Source: Callorhinchus milii (lineage: Eukaryota). From it: 34,082 bases of DNA. The stretch is taken from contig NW_024705569.1 in assembly GCF_018977255.1 (NCBI RefSeq), positions 1 to 34,082 of the forward strand, written 5' to 3'. The notes under the pieces are model-generated. The model was not told the DNA's origin and ran no database searches. It was given only the letters and a program-made list of their open reading frames with translations. The number at the start of each line of letters is the position of its first letter. The first letter of the stretch is position 1. This document shows positions 33,370 through 34,082 of the stretch, one piece after another. The position numbers and the translations under genes are program-made.

Positions 33370-34082
33370 AAAGGAATAGCAACAAAAATCTAACTAGAAA
33401 ACTATAGACAGACATACAAGCAGACAGACATCACAAGGACACACAGAGAGAGGACACATATCGACACAAAGAGAGGGCTCGTTTCTGTGACGGTCCCTTA
33501 AATATAGAGAGGGGGCAGGGACGGAGAGAGGGAGGGGGCAGAGAAAATTAGCATATCAATGAGTGGCAAAGTGCTGCTGCTGCTCAAGTAAGTGGTTCAA
33601 TCTTAATTAAGATTGAACCACTTCTACGGGGAAGTTTTAAGCTTATCTTTTTTCTCTCTCTGGCTATTTGTTCTCTCTGCCTGTGTCCTCTCTTTGGAAG
33701 TTTCACACTTAAACTCTAACTTAGCAATCTTTGAGATACGTAATCAACCAGGTTATGCGTTAATTGTGTGTTGACCGACTCTCTGTGTTGTATTACATCA
33801 CATTTCGATATTTTGCGAGGTTATTTAATTTTAGTGTGCCTTTCTCCTAATTTACAAGCTTACGTGCCGTGCCACGTCGTCATCTTACTTGAGCAGCAGC
33901 AGCACTTTGCCACTCATTGATATGCTAATTTTCTCTGCCCCCTCCCTCTCTCCGTCCCTGCCCCCCTCTCTATATTTAAGGGACCGTCACAGAAACGACC
34001 CCTCTCTTTGTGTCGATATGTGTCCTCTCTCTGTGTGTCCTTGTGATGTCTGTCTTCTTGTATGTCTGTCTATAGTTTTCTA

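Larger units (their letters stand above)
31197..34009 (+). repeat. Near-identical direct duplicate of 22080-24872
   Basis: Collinear throughout; identical ORFs (23705-23905 = 32845-33045); differences are mostly small indels. Confidence 0.95.

Overview
Repeat-rich vertebrate genomic DNA, most like lamprey (inference from the GC-rich, weakly CpG-depleted sequence, V-domain and tRNA SINEs, and the Gypsy gag type). (1) 800-6026 (+): four phase-consistent exons of a coiled-coil protein gene, tentatively POF1B-like, with SINE-rich introns. (2) ~9866-15422 (-): a decayed Gypsy/Ty3 LTR retrotransposon with 5' LTR and tRNA-Leu PBS but no 3' LTR. (3) 18.4-22.2 kb (+): a candidate unrecognised gene with a CRE-rich promoter, a transmembrane first exon, a coiled-coil exon and a 33-bp/11-aa Ser/Thr/Ala-rich array; a degenerate paralogous fragment lies at 16.5 kb. 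(4) RTE-clade LINE relics, one split by a solo LTR. (5) Several Penelope-like terminal fragments forming fold-back hairpins with target-site duplications (TSDs) and five minimal hammerhead ribozyme motifs. (6) A 30-N gap, then ~6 kb of featureless random-looking sequence (25216-31196), then a near-identical copy of 22080-24872, probably a false (haplotypic) duplication. I found no prokaryotic-type system. All homology calls come from motif recognition by eye, not database searches.
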